Assembly (NCBI GenBank): GCA_017499595.2
Contig: CM038998.1
Span: forward strand, 1,984,001 to 2,048,000
Length of the DNA stretch: 64,000 nucleotides
Reading direction: 5' to 3'
DNA from: Psilocybe cubensis
Lineage: Eukaryota
In this document: in pieces, positions 47,358 through 61,217 of the stretch
Layout of the letters: each line of letters begins with the position of its first letter
How positions within the stretch are numbered: the stretch's first letter is position 1
The notes under the pieces: generated by a model
What the model was told of the DNA's origin: nothing
Databases searched by the model: none
Seen by the model: the letters and a program-made list of their open reading frames with translations, nothing else
Made by a program: the position numbers and the translations under genes

Positions 47358-50300
47358 ATGTCAGACATTAGAGCAGAGTCAACCGATAATTTTCAAAGAA
47401 AGCGTTCACCACTCGAATCTCTTAGCCCACTCCAGACCAGCAAACTCGTTTTGAAAATGCCTTCAACGCCGACCGCCCCCCGCACGGGCAGAGTCTTCGT
47501 CTCGGCACCTCGACTTCCGTCGGCCCAAAAGCGACAGTACAAACGCACAAGCGAAACTTCACTGATCCTTGGAACTAGCAGACGCGTAGACGAAGTGATA
47601 GGAGAGTACACCATAGGCGGCGAACTGTATTACTACGCTCGATATGACGGGGGTATTGCGTACAAGGCACGACGACCGTTACCTTTGCATTTTTCAAAGC
47701 ATCATTGACACGTTCACTTCTTTGCAGTTTCAGGCCCGAACATTTGAAGAGGAATATCCAGAACTACTGGTCGAGTATCGTATGGATGCTTCATAACCTG
47801 ATTATATTCTGTTGGCTCATTGAATAATTTCTCACTATAGGAAGAAAGCAATCTGAATCTAAGTTAGCGCCGTTTGATCCATACGCACAATATGTTCATC
47901 CAGGCTCTCGTCCTCGAAAGATAACAGTTCCACTGAATAATGGGAGCACATCGACAAGCGTGCGACGCGAAGAATCCGAAGTTGTGCCCGACTCTGAAGC
48001 TGAGAACGACACTGACACGTCCAGTAAGAGCAGCGACGACGGAGACTATAGCGAAACTAGCGCCCAATCTAGCTATGGGATAAAGACCCGCCAGCATAAT
48101 CGGACAGACCTCCCTTTTAGTCCCCGGAAGTCTCGATCGCGGAAAATCATCCCTGTCTCCGACTCAGAAAGCGACGAAAATGGGTTGGGTCGTAGTGTAA
48201 ATGAAGTCCCATCTGGCGTAAGACGCTCTACGCGAATGAAGAAGGTAACTAAAGTGCGGCTTGACTTCGACGATGACGAGTATACCGACGATGACGGTGT
48301 CTCCGAGCGCCGAAGGAGCAAATCTCATGCGAAGGCGAAAAAGAACCGTGTCAAATCTGCCCGGCCCATGTATGGTCATTTTCGTAGCATTGAATCCCTT
48401 GATCAAGATCCCTTTTCCGATGATGAGGACAATGAAGTGCTGCGACAACATCGCAGTATTTGTGAGAAATGCCATTTAGCACCAGCCCACAAATTACTCG
48501 CAGCCTTCCAAAAGAAGTCAAAAGGAAAAGGTAAAAAGCGAAAACGAAGCACCGACGACGAATTTGAACAATCCGACAGTGAACAGACTTTTATCGACCT
48601 TGGTGGATGGGTTCAATGGTATGTTTTTATACTTGTTTGATGAGGGATTCTTATACTATCTTTCTTGCAGTCTTAAATGTCCTGTTAGCGCCCACTGGAA
48701 ATGTTTGGCAAGTAACCAACGTGATGAAGTCTTGAAGGCTGTTAGAGCTAAGGACCTTCAAAAATGGGAGAAAGACCATCCTGGCGAAGCGATACCTGCT
48801 CTTCTTAAAAAAACGCAATTGGATATAGATCAGACTACAGAGTTCATTTGCGGTTCGTTTGACTTATTTCTATCTTTTCCGTTTCCATTAACGAAAGAAC
48901 CAGGTTCTTGTATGCGTGGCGGCATATGTATGGGCTGCATGGATATTGTTATACATCCCGACCCTTCGCGCCTGGATTCCACTTTCATACCGAAGACCTC
49001 AGATGTCGCTATGAGTGACGCAATCACGCAAATAGAAGACAATACAGTCGTCCCCACTCTGGCACGGGAACTCCTCTTTCGATGCTTTACATGCAAACGA
49101 CTTTCGCATTACCGACACCTACCCAAACCTGCCGTTCTTGGCGATGATCCGACGATCCATGAAATCGCAGGACATTATCAATCGAAGAGTTGGTTGTGCG
49201 GTGATTGCTCATCTTACAAGTATAACCTAGACAAAATTATTGCCTGGCGTCCTTACCCTGCAAACGCCTTAGAGCCCATGACGAAGCAGAACGAAACGGC
49301 AAATTACAAGGCTATGCTTCCTCGAGAATATCTGGTAAAATGGCAAGGGAAAAGTTACAGGCGTTTGGAATGGGTCCCTCACATGTGGCTTGTAGCAACT
49401 AACCCTTCAAAACTCAAGAACTTCATATCAGGGGGGACAAAAATTGAGCTACTCCAAACTCCGGTAGAAGATATTAACGAAGATTCTATGCAAGTTGACG
49501 CGCCCGTGCAGAATGCGTTGTTTGAAAGCGAATCGACAGCTTCATCTGCTAAACCTCCGAAGAAAACAATCATATCTGCTACCTCCCCTTTGCCGGATGC
49601 GGAGAAGAGAATACCTCCAAGTTGGAAACTCATAGACAGAGTTCTTGATGTAGTACTGTGGCGACCTGTTTTGAAACGGCAGATCAAACCTTTTGGTAAA
49701 AAGGTCTTTAGGAAGAAAGTGATCGCCAGTGAGGAAGAAGCTTCTGAAGTCGATGAAGAAAGAGAGCGCATCACTCGGCTTGTTTCTGAAAAAGGAGAAC
49801 AGCCGCCTCCCAATTTAACAGAAACCTTGGACGAGTGGAAGGAGCACAGTGGCAAACTGATAGAAACGGATATAGATAAGGTTGCTTGGGCTTTCATCAA
49901 ATGGAATGACTTAGGGTACGAAGAAGGTATACATAGTCGGCTAAAATACGTCATGGTATTGACATTTTTTTAGCGACATGGGATTCTCCTCCAAAGATCG
50001 GAGAAAAGGGGTACGATGCATTCCAAACCGCCTTCAAAAGGTTTATCGACTCGCAAAGTGTTGAAGTCCCGAAGCACTCCAAGAAATACTTGGAAACGTT
50101 CGATACTCGCAAGTCGGACGCCTATAAAAAGTACTGGTTGCATGACGCTTCAAAGCTGGACCTTGGCCAGGATTCGCGGCTAAAGCTGATGCCATTCCAG
50201 GTTAGCAATCAGTTTCCCCTTGTATGCTTGTCTAATACGAGTGTGTAGGTCGATGGTTTTAACTGGTTGGGTAGTAATTGGTGGAACCATCAGCATTGCA

Positions 50301-53300
50301 TCCTTGCAGACGAGATGGGTTTGGTATGTTAGCTTGATTAACTGACCTTACTTGATGATAAATGTGCGCCAGGGTAAAACCGTACAAATTGTCAGTTTTC
50401 TTGGGTATATAGCGAAGATCATGAAAGCCTTTCCTTCGCTTGTCGTAGTCCCCAATTCCACCATAACTAATTGGGTCAGGGAGTTCGAACGATGGGCCCC
50501 AAACCTGCGAGTTGTTCCCTTTTACGGCGAAAAGGTGGCTCGAGATGTGTTGAAGCAGTACGAGCTATTCCACAACCACACTTCGACGGATAACCTCAAA
50601 GCCAAATTTCACGTTCTAATCACTACATATGAAGCGTTGGTTAACGGAAAAGATTTCACAAGTGTTTTTAAAAGTCAACCTCGATGGGAGGTATGTATTT
50701 ACTGATTAACTCTCACATTGTCTTCCTTTTCAAAATTATACCCTCAATTTAGGTTCTTGTCGTGGATGAGGGTCAAAGACGTAAGTTTTCTAACCAATCT
50801 AAATACTTTACTGCGCTTATATTATAATACAATTAAAGTCAAGAACGATAATAGCTTACTCTTCAAAAAGCTAAATGAACTAAACAGCATCCACCGAATC
50901 ATTATGACGGGGGTAAGAATTATTTTCACATGATGTCCCGGATTCTTACTATTTGTTGCGTTAGACCCCTCTCAACAATAACATGCGCGAATTGTTCAAT
51001 CTTATGAATTTCCTGGATCCCATTGAATGGAAAGACCTTGAGACGTTGGAGAAACAGCACGAGACGCTTACCGAAGATCTTGTGAAGCAATTACATCAAC
51101 GTTTAAGGCCTTATTTTTTGCGTCGCATTAAGAGTGAAGTGCTTGATTTACCTCCAAAGGTGTGGACTCCTTGACTTTGTTTTTGAGTGTCTAAATATTG
51201 AATTATTTTGGTTTTAGAATGAAGTGATTGTTCCGGTATCAATGGCTCCGTTGCAAAAAGAAATCTACCGTTCAATCTTGAGTGAGGGTTTCAAACCATC
51301 TCTTTATTCGAACGTTACAAACCAAATTTCAGGTCATAACCTTAGCCTCCTCAATGGATTAACACAACCGTCATCCGGACCAGGCTCGATTCAAAAGGGG
51401 CGGATCAACAATGTTCTCATGCAGTTACGGAAGTAAGATATAATTGTTCATCCCCCAATCAATCTTATATTCAAGTAAACCTGTAGATGCCTTCAGCACC
51501 CGTATTTGTATGACGAAGGTATCGAACCTCGCAATTTACCAGCTCAGGAAACCCATGAAAAACTTATTGATGGAAGTGGGAAACTGCGTTTTCTCAAAGC
51601 GTTGTTACCAAAGCTTAAATCAAACGGGCATCGCGTTCTGTTATTTAGTCAGGTGGGTTGCACAATTTTTACAATGACCCACAAACTGAAGTTTCATAGT
51701 TTGTCATTGCTTTGGATGTCGTGGAAGACTTTCTGCAGGGTGAAGGTTACAAGTTCCTTCGATTGGTGAAATCCGACCATTTTGATCGTGAAACATAGTC
51801 GTTAACCGTTATTCCAGGATGGAAATACGAAAGGCGCTGTGCGTCAAAAGGCTATGGATGAATTTAATAAACCTGATTCAGAATATTTTATATTTCTTCT
51901 CACCACTCGTGCAGGAGTAAGCCATCTCGCCTTTTCGAACTACGTTATACTTACGGGCTTTTAAAGGGTGTTGGTATCAACCTTTATGTGAGTCAAGTAT
52001 CATTCTATTTTGACTTCATCAAAATAAACGATAAAATAGACGGCCGATACGGTGATAATTTTCGATCCCGATTTTAATCCCCATCAGGTTTGTCTATATA
52101 CGTATTTCTGCGACCAACCCTATTGACGTTTCATCAGGATCTACAAGTCTGTTAAGATGACAATCAAACATTTATGGCTTCTGACGAGTCTTTTCCAGGC
52201 TATTGCACGCGCCTATAGATTTGGGCAAAAGAAAACCTGTCTTGTATTCAAGCTAATGGTGAAAGATTCCGCAGAAGGTAACTCAAACCCTCTCACCTGA
52301 ATTAATTAAAACTGATTATAAATTAGAGCGTATCATGCAAATTGGCAAAAAGAAGCTCGTCTTAGACCATCTTATTGTACAGAAGATCAATGATGATGAA
52401 GACAATGGAGGAGAAGACGTACAGTCCATCCTTACCTATGGTGCCCAAGCACTCTTTGAGCCTGAAGAATCATCGCGAGATATCACATGTGAATATTTTT
52501 TGACCGAGGTTGTTATCATAATTCAATGTATTCTTTTTAGATACCGACAATGACATCGATAAACTCCTGGAAAAGACTGAAAGAGAAGCTGTCAAAGAGG
52601 CCCCGAAAGCCTCTGGCGGTCTCACTTTCGCTTTCGCTAAAGTCTGGGCAGCCGAAAAGGATGCTCTAGAAGACATAGGTGAAGAGGATCAAACAGATTC
52701 GTGGGCTCAGACACTAGAAAAGATCAACCAAAACCGAGCAAAGGAGCAAGAAAAGGAGGCTGCACTGTCCGGAAGAGGCGCTCGACGGAAGGCGGCAGAC
52801 ATTGCAAAGGTATCTTCATTCTTCAAAGCATCATGTCAGGAAGGTTTGATCGAATATTTTGTTTGTAGAACAAAATACAAGTCGGTGTAGGAGGTTCAGA
52901 ATCATTTAATAACAAATCAAAGCAGAGTCCTGGTGGTTCTGATGCCGGCTCTGTCTACTCTGGCTCCGATCATCAATCCGAGATCGAAAGCGACATTGAC
53001 AATGAAATTGTGGACGAAGATTTCATTATGAATATCGATCCTGTACGACAAAGGCCAAAACCAAAGGTTTTGCGTCCTGTCGACGATGAGTATCCTGAAT
53101 GTGGCCTTTGTAAGCAACATCATGGTGTTGCTGAATGCCACATGGTGGATCGATCAGAGAACCTTGCAGAATACCGGGAGATGTTGATTTTGCACCCCGA
53201 CGACGAAACATGGGAAGATAGGGTAAGCGTTTCTTTATACAGCATGCTTTTCCATGCCGTCTGAACTGTTAATTTCTGTGAAGTGTGATGCAATTCAGGC

Positions 53301-53817
53301 AATTGACGAGATCCTTTACCAACGAGGTCATTTATCGCTAATTGCCGGCCAACCTCTTCACCCTTTACCTCCCGGTGCGCCTCCCACCGTTTTACAACCC
53401 CGCTTACCATTACCTGGACGTTCCAATGCTCAAATTACACCAAACCCTTCTGTCGTAAAATTGGATACTACAGATTTTCAACAGGCGGAATCTTCCAAGC
53501 AAGCTCTGGCGAAACAAGATTATTCCAAGAAAAGACAAAAAATTTCAACGGCATCCTGTTGTCCTGTATGCGGAATGGGCAATCATTTGTTGAAAGATTG
53601 CTCTATCATCGTTGCCGGCTCAAAAAGGTACGCATTCCGAATGAGTGTTTTAAACAATGACCACTCCTAACTATCTGTTTGATGTAGCATTTCTGAGAAC
53701 ATTATGAAATTAGAAACGAGACTCGCTAAGGAACCTTCGCTCCAGAGCACCATTGACATCATGCTCAACCTTCTCAAGAAAGCCAAGAGCCGAGAGAACA
53801 TAGAGAGCAAACAGTAG
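47358..53817 (+). CDS. mit1: CHD/Mi-2-type SNF2 chromatin remodeler, Mit1-like (PHD-like and chromo-like regions, helicase, C-terminal Zn fingers)
   Basis: [61 protein letters not shown] chromo-like segment; CGLC...HC C-terminal finger. Confidence 0.82.
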
Positions 53818-53961
53818 AGCATACTAATCAGAACCCCACAAAACCATACTCACAGTATTTTGCTAATGTTTAATCGTTGCACTGTATATAAATCCATTGC
53901 ACTACTACACTTACACCCCATGTACATACCTACCTACCTTACGGACGTTTATTCAACACAT

Positions 53962-56150
53962 CTAGACATTCTTGGTCGATTTTGGCATTGTCAACCCTGA
54001 CCGCGTCTTGTTGGTAGTGCGCCCCGGTAAATGCGAGCTTGCGGTACGAGGGGCTGGTTTTGGAATCGAAGACGTGGATCCAACAGTACCATATTTATTA
54101 GGTTGTTTAAGACCACTATATGACTGCACCGCTGATTTAGAGGCAAGTATCGGAAGAGGTTTCGCAGTCGAAGAGACAGCGGCAACAGGAACTAGTATTC
54201 GTCGTGGCCCGTTGTTCGAAGAGTTTTGGGGGTCAATGGATACAGCTGTTCTCCCAGAAGTAAGCTTCGATCCCCCAGAAATCGGGATCCTCCTAGGACC
54301 GTCGGAAGTAGATGGTACGCTTTTTGTTGGTTGGCTGGAACTGATTCTCTTAAGGCCCCTGATGGACAGAAGACCGTCATTCTGCGCAGAATCATTTCTT
54401 GAAACCATCAATTTAGTTGAAGGAGATTTTGAGGGATTTTTCGATGCGAGCGGAGGAGGATCGGCGACGATTGAGGTCCGTCTAATTTGTGTGGTAGAGG
54501 ATGTGGTATTGATTTGAGAACTGACAAGCAATTTTGACCTTTTCACGATCTTGAGGGCAGGCACTGCCCGCGGAGGTTGTTGTAAAGTTGATGAAGAACT
54601 AGGTGTTGCTAACAAGGTTATGTCTCTCGGCTGATGGTGGGACGACTTTTTCATGTCATTGGGTGCCGATAATGAGGGAGAACCTTCCGAAACCCTTTCT
54701 TTTAAATCTTTTGAATATGTATCAGATTTGCGAAGAAGTTTTTGGTGTGTACTTGACAACCCTGGCGTCGAAAATTTGATAGATACGCGCTCGGAAGCCA
54801 ATGTTTCCGATTTTAAAACCTGGAAGGTATCGGTGTTGTCTAAGCCAACTACAATAAAAAAGGTTTAAAATCACAACGGTCATAGCAACGAACGTCAAGC
54901 TTTTTACCTTCTGGACGGGGCGAGTCTTCCCCGATTGTTAAAGACCCTTTTATGGATTGTGGGTTACTTTCAAGATTTTTACATACTACCACTTTTTCAA
55001 ATTCATGAACCTTTAGATCATTGCCTTTGGCTGGGGTGAAATCGTCGTCGCCAAAACTGCCATCAAGGTCCATGTTACTTAGAAACGAATGGCCTTCTTT
55101 GAAGTTGAGAAAGGATATTTTTTCATTTAATAAATCGAACGTAGTATCCGTCGATGCCAGATGGAGCTGAAACGATGATTGTAGATCGATAGAAAGACGG
55201 TTTGAAGTGTCACTGGAAACTAAGCCCGGTCGAAGTCTAGCTTTTGAACCCTCTGGCGAGGATGCCGATGGATACGTAAATGCTCTCGGTGAGGCGGGTG
55301 AAACGGAGATAGGAATAGAAATGTCTGTAATCGATGCACCTAACGGTGGCGGCAAATTCAAAGTGGAGACCGAAGAACCAAGAGTGTCCGTTGAAACAGC
55401 CAACGTTTCGGGTGTTTTCTGAGGAATTGAAATATCGCAAATAAACGGCCCAGTTGAAGCAGGTAAGTTCAGAGTGGAGACCGAGGAACCTAGAGCATCT
55501 GTTGAATAGTTTAAAGTCTCGACGCCATGTCCTGCTTCAAGTGGTGATAACCCATTTGGAGATGTAGGCTTTGACCCCGAACAAGAAATTTCAAAGGAAA
55601 TTTTGGCGGGTGTAGTTGGAAGAACATCTTCAATGGACGTTTCGGCGATATCGATGTGGGCCAACTTTGATGCCACGGAATGGATTGGGCGTCTGAATGG
55701 TTTCTTACGCGCCACGGGTGTTACCTCATCTTTGAATGGTAGTTGTGCTAGTGGTGTTCGGGGAGATGATGTGGATTTAGGAGTTGTCAGCGAAGTGTAA
55801 TGACAACTGGTCCCAATCCACTTGGGTGTTGCTGCTTTGACCATGTCCCGGAACGTCAGCGTGTCATTATCATCATCTCCTTCTGCAAGGCTGCAGTTAA
55901 GTTCGCGTTCAAAATCATCTTCTTCAGTAAGAAGTTCTTGAATATCAGGGTCATCAATAGTAATATCGCCGACATCAATAAGGCGTCGCCTGAAGGTAGG
56001 CTGAACTGGAGTGCGTGCATTCTTAAATCCGCTAGGATGGAAGAAGGATGAATCGCCAGGGTTGTTTTCCTTGTCAGGCATAGAGCTGGGAGATCCAGTG
56101 AGAGGGTCGAATAGAGATAGAATGCTTGGACGAGGGCGTTGGGAATCCAT
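53962..56150 (-). CDS. Ser/Pro/Thr-rich hypothetical protein, 2 exons
   Basis: ORFs 54849..56150 and 53962..54801 join in frame through a GTTCGT...CAG intron at 54820..54893. Confidence 0.7.
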
Positions 56151-56214
56151 TCTGATTCAGATAAATGTGGGAGGATGGTGAGAGCTATATAACTTGAAGC
56201 GGTAGTTGAACAAT

Positions 56215-56256
56215 CGCGTGATGTTTTGATGTGTGTACGCGTTTTCTGCGACCGCG
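56215..56256. promoter_or_regulatory. MCB-like elements (ACGCGT at 56237-56242 plus two CGCG cores) in the divergent promoter of SLD2
   Basis: Three CGCG cores within about 40 bp, upstream of a G1/S replication gene. Confidence 0.5.
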
Positions 56257-56309
56257 TGCCAAGTACTCCGATTTAAATAATCAACACCTCAATCCCATCA
56301 CACTTCCCT

Positions 56310-57979
56310 ATGGCAGAGGTAGCCACTGTCCGTGCGCATATCAAAGCTTGGGAACGCTCTTTCAAAGATGCCAACGGACGCCCCCCAACGGTAGATGATA
56401 TCAAGAAGAACCCTACCATCGGTTCGTTTCAGTAATACATCCTTTTGCCGTTCTCTGACGAAGGAATCATTTAGCCAACCAGTACAAACAATACAAGAAG
56501 CTTTCCAAAGCAGCGGCCTCTTCAAATAGAGCCCAGGATGCTAACACTGCTGCGATACCGTCAACACCACCGAGGAAAGCGCGTCCAAAAGACTTGACAA
56601 GTCTTTTGCTCTCCAAATCACGACCCATTCAACCTCCTACCCCTCTTGTTTCTTTTAATCCTTTTTCCCCGCAGAAAATGACCAAAGGTAAACAGAAAGA
56701 AAGAGATTCTGCTAATGAGGTCGAAGATGCCTCAAACCCTTTCTTTCAATCGGATTCGACGAAGTGTGTTGTGCGTAAGGCGTCACCTGGACTATCTCCT
56801 TCTCCACTACCGTATCGACCACTAGCTGTACCCACTCTGAATTCGGACCCAAAAGGACCAAATTTATCCTCCACAGCGGTTTCTAGAGCGCGCAAGCGCT
56901 TACGAGGAGAACCTGTTTCGCCTTCCCCAAATAAAGGCAAGAGAATGCGTGTCTCATCACAGACTACCCTTCCCTTCCCTCGCCTGCGATTAAATACTCC
57001 TACCAATGACGATGACACAAGTGGTATTGAGGATATAGATCCATTTGTAGTGGACAATTCCCCGGTGAAGGCAACCATACCCGGTAAATCATACCAACAG
57101 TTATTCCAGCCCGGCACCCTGCCTGTCAATCTTTTTGGAGTCAAAGATATTGGTGAAGCTGTGCCTAACAATTCCGGCTCAAAAATTTCAAGGCACACAT
57201 TTCCGTCAAATGAACGTCCAAGTGATCCAGCAGCCTACAACGCCAACAGCATATATTCGAAAATATCGTCTTCACATCTCATTGGAGGTAATGGTACGAG
57301 CCTCAAATCCGAACCTTTAGATAATCGATCATCCGTAAAACGCGCCTTCTCAGAAGAAGAAAAGGATCCAGATGTTGCTTTGCCAAGAGAAAAGTCGCCT
57401 TTAATACCGCCATCGCCACCTCCTATCGCTGCAATGCACAAATCAGGAAAGACAAAAATAAATGTTAAAGGTGCTACAAGTCGCAAAAAGGCTAAAATTG
57501 AAACACAAATGGGAGTTGGCGATGATAGTGACGACCCAGATTACGATACTACGACCAAGCTGCGTATCATTGGACACAATAAAACGCGTCGTCAACATGC
57601 ATTAACGCGACAAGAAAAAGGCGTTGTCGACTATGACTCTGATCCTATTTTAGAATTACCACGTTTCGCAGCGCCTCGTGCCCAATATCAGGATAATGAG
57701 GATAATGCACCGCAGCAAGACGGGAATATAGAAATTGATCTACCAGACGAGCTCCGGCGTGTGTTAGCTCTACAGTCAGCGGGGTCCAAAACTCAAGTTT
57801 CAGAAGAAGACCGATTAGTGAAAGGGCTACTGTATGGTCGACGTACAAATCACTATGATCCGCAGAAAGGTGGAGAGATATGGGATGTCGGAGAACACGT
57901 GGATGAGAACTATGCAGATAATGAAGGAGAGGACGATTGGGAAGGAGAGCCTGTCCCATGGGCAGTCGGGGAGTTATAA
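56310..57979 (+). CDS. SLD2: DNA replication regulator Sld2/Drc1
   Basis: N-terminal exon MAEVATVRAHIKAWERSFKDANGRPPTVDDIKKNPTI|ANQYKQYKKL is the Sld2/RECQL4 N-terminal motif; many S/T-P CDK sites. Confidence 0.82.
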
Positions 57980-58433
57980 GCAAGTATGTAAATAATATAG
58001 GTCTCTCTCTCTTGATGTATGAAAATTGAAGTTCAATTCAATTAGATTTGATTGTCATTCTGCCTTACGTTAAGAAGTCTGTGGTAATCTTTACAGTAAA
58101 CTTCCAATCCCTTGCGTCTTCGTCAGTCCTCGTTTTCATGCCTTCGCCTCGGCATAAGCGTTTGTCCATTTTGAAGCAGAACTTGATCAATGCGACCTCA
58201 GCACTGTGGTATGGTATCAGATTGATACTCACCCGCAGCCTTGCTTGTGCTGCATGTCCAATATGCATTTTCCGGCGCATGTACAATCACATCCAGTCCG
58301 TGTATGTGACACCGATCGTATCTAAGATGAAAACTGCGCCCCAGTGTGTCAAAAATGGCCTGCGAATGACAAGAAACATCGTGTTTTCCGTGCACTAGTC
58401 TGGTTAAGTATCGAGGCTTAGAAAAAACTAGCC

Positions 58434-60911
58434 ATGTCCCAAAGTTCTTCACTCGACAACGTATTAAACAACAAACGACGCCGTTCTAGCATCCGCGACG
58501 GTCTAAGCATCTTCCGCACTTCCTCGAAAGAGAGCATCAAGTCGATCAAATCGACGGGGAAAAACTTCTCATCTTACTATCCATACACGGTCTACGAACA
58601 AACCATGTCTCCCCTTATTCTCCGTGATCCTGAAGCTATGAAGAAGCTCTTCGAAGTCATTCTGGACTCTCCGAATGGCAAACGCTCTCTATCACGCCTG
58701 GCGCGCACATGCAAATCATTTTCAGGTCCTGCTTTGGATGTTCTCTGGAAGGAATTGGATTCAATCGTTCCAATTATCGGACTATTCCCAGGACATTTGC
58801 TGAAGAAAACCAAAAAACCTGGTTTGGGACTGGTTGGTTTATCCGTTCTGAAATTCCGTTACCGATATCTAATGGTTTGGTGGTTCTAGGCGAAGTTGCC
58901 CCGAGATGAAGATTGGCAAAACATTATCAAATACAGTGAACGAATCCAGCGAATCGCCTACGATGAAGCGTCCAATGTTGTTGCTCCATCTATCTTTACC
59001 ATATTCGAGGAAAACCGTCCCCAGAATTTCAATTACATACTTCCCCGTCTTCAGGAACTTTCGTGGAAAGTTGAGACGCCAGCAGCCTTGGAACGTTGTG
59101 GAATTTTCATTCATCCTCAACTTCAAATCCTTAATCTCGAGATCTCCAACAAATTCACGAAAATCAACGATTTTTTGGCTGACATGTCAAGTAGAACCAA
59201 GCTGAAAGGATTCTCATTTATATCCCCTACCAATTTGCCTGACGCCTTTACCGAACTTCTCCTTCGGCAAGATGACCTTGAGAAGGTCGTTCTTGTCGCG
59301 CCAGGGGCCTTGTCTCCTGGAGTAGGTCGCTGGATTGCCGCTTTGCCCAAGTTGAAGCATCTCCAGTTGGACCTTACTGGACGTTCTGCTATAGCCGTAG
59401 AAGGGTTTTTTGACGAGTTAAGTCCGCGATCTGGAGACTCTACTCCGACATCTATTGGTTCCAGGGATAGCGGCGTCTTCTCTGGCGAAGAACTCGATTT
59501 TACGGAAATTCGCAAATCTGCTCTCCGACTCACAGGCGATTTCTCCTCAAAGGGTTCCTTTACAAAACTTAGGAGGATCCAACTCACTGGTGAGGTGGCC
59601 AACATCGCCGTCTTTTTGAAGCACCTTGACAGCGACATTACACATCTCGACCTCGTTATTGAGGATCCTCCAGATAATGCGGATTGGCAAGACCTTTCCG
59701 AATTGATTTGCGATAAATTTGCCGATTCTCTCAATTCTCTTCGAATCTCCCCAACCCCATCCGCCAAATTTGCCGATTTAGTTCGTGCCACTTCTAGGGC
59801 TGAGCCACCTTCTAATAGGCTGTCCTTGGAACGATTCAATGGACTCTCGAAGCTTTCTCGACTTGATATCGACCTACCCGAGTCAGTCGTTTTTACCCCT
59901 GCAGACATTGATTGCCTTGCGAAAGCCTGCCCGAACCTAGAGTCATTGAAATTATGTCCACTATCGCGATTCCCTCTGCCGCACAGTCCCAAGTTGACCC
60001 TGGAATCTCTCGCACCTCTAATGAAACACTGCAAACGCTTGCACACGTTGTCCGTGGTAGTCAACGCAAGTGCAGGCAGCGCAGGTGTTCTACAGGCTCG
60101 AGAAATGTCTTCCAAATCGCTTCTTCGTCTACATGTTGGGCACTCGTGGGCAAACGATCCTCTGCAAATTGCTATTTTGCTCAGTCACCTCATGCCCAAT
60201 CTGGAGCTTCTGAAGTGGTTCCAGGAAAAGAACAGAGCCGGATTTATTGAGCAGCATGCTAAGGCATGGCAAAGTGTTTCGGAAACGCTCCCCCATATTC
60301 AGAATTTGAGGGTGACAGAAAAATCATTCTTTCGCCAACCAGTGGTTGCGCCGAAACCCATAACAGTCGAGAAAAGCATTAACGCCACCGTTGCTACAAC
60401 AAGCCGCGGCGTCCTTGCTAAAGTTTCTATGTCTGATGCATCCACCCAATTTTCCCCCACCCTCCATGATCAACAAGTGGAAGCAAAGACGGAGCTCTCA
60501 GATGCGTCAATTGATGCTACGCCATCCTATGCGAATGCAAGTGTCGACGCTGCACCCCTTTATTCGTCCACTTCTGTTTCAGCCATAGAAGCATTGACCT
60601 CAAACGATGCTGTTGAATTTGCCGGTGGTTCAAGCTTTTACCGACCTCTTACTCGACTACCACATCTCAATTCACACCTTCCATCCTTATTCAATCTTCT
60701 TTCTTTTGCCTACCGTTTTGTATTATGGCCCCTCTCGTTGACGTCACGCATTTTCCAACTCATTCCATTCTTTTTCAACAAATTCAACTCAAAACCGCAA
60801 CCTTCTGTATCCCTCCAATCCTCTTCGTCTTCATCGGAAGTGGATGCAAACTCTGCGGACGAGGCTACGGACATCATTTCATTGAAAACACTCCAACCAG
60901 TCCGTCAATGA
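58434..60911 (+). CDS. F-box-like/RNI-like leucine-rich repeat protein with a hydrophobic C-terminal segment
   Basis: LSRLARTCKSFSGPALDVLW F-box-like motif, followed by LRRs (LPRLQEL, LPKLKHL, CPNLESL); intron at about 58834..58889. Confidence 0.8.
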
Positions 60912-61217
60912 TGATTATTTGTGATCGGTATAATAACTTATTCCTGCTGGTGTTAGAATCATATACCCAAAAATATGGATATATATGCATATGAATATGG
61001 TTATGAAATACATGCAATTCATTCTCCCTCCGTGACTGCTGTGTCTAAGTCTAAAGCAGTTTCTAGCGATACTCATGCTCTTGTAAATGAAGATCCAAAA
61101 ATAGTTTCGAACCCTAGCACGTGGTGGGATGAGGGACAAATACTGTCAAATAACACGGCGACGCGTCAGCGAGATTGGAATGCTCGAATTCACAATTCAC
61201 CTGCTTGGAAGTATACC

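Noticed and set aside
59123..60115. 330-aa antisense ORF
   Set aside because: Lies opposite the F-box/LRR exon and has no recognisable motifs.
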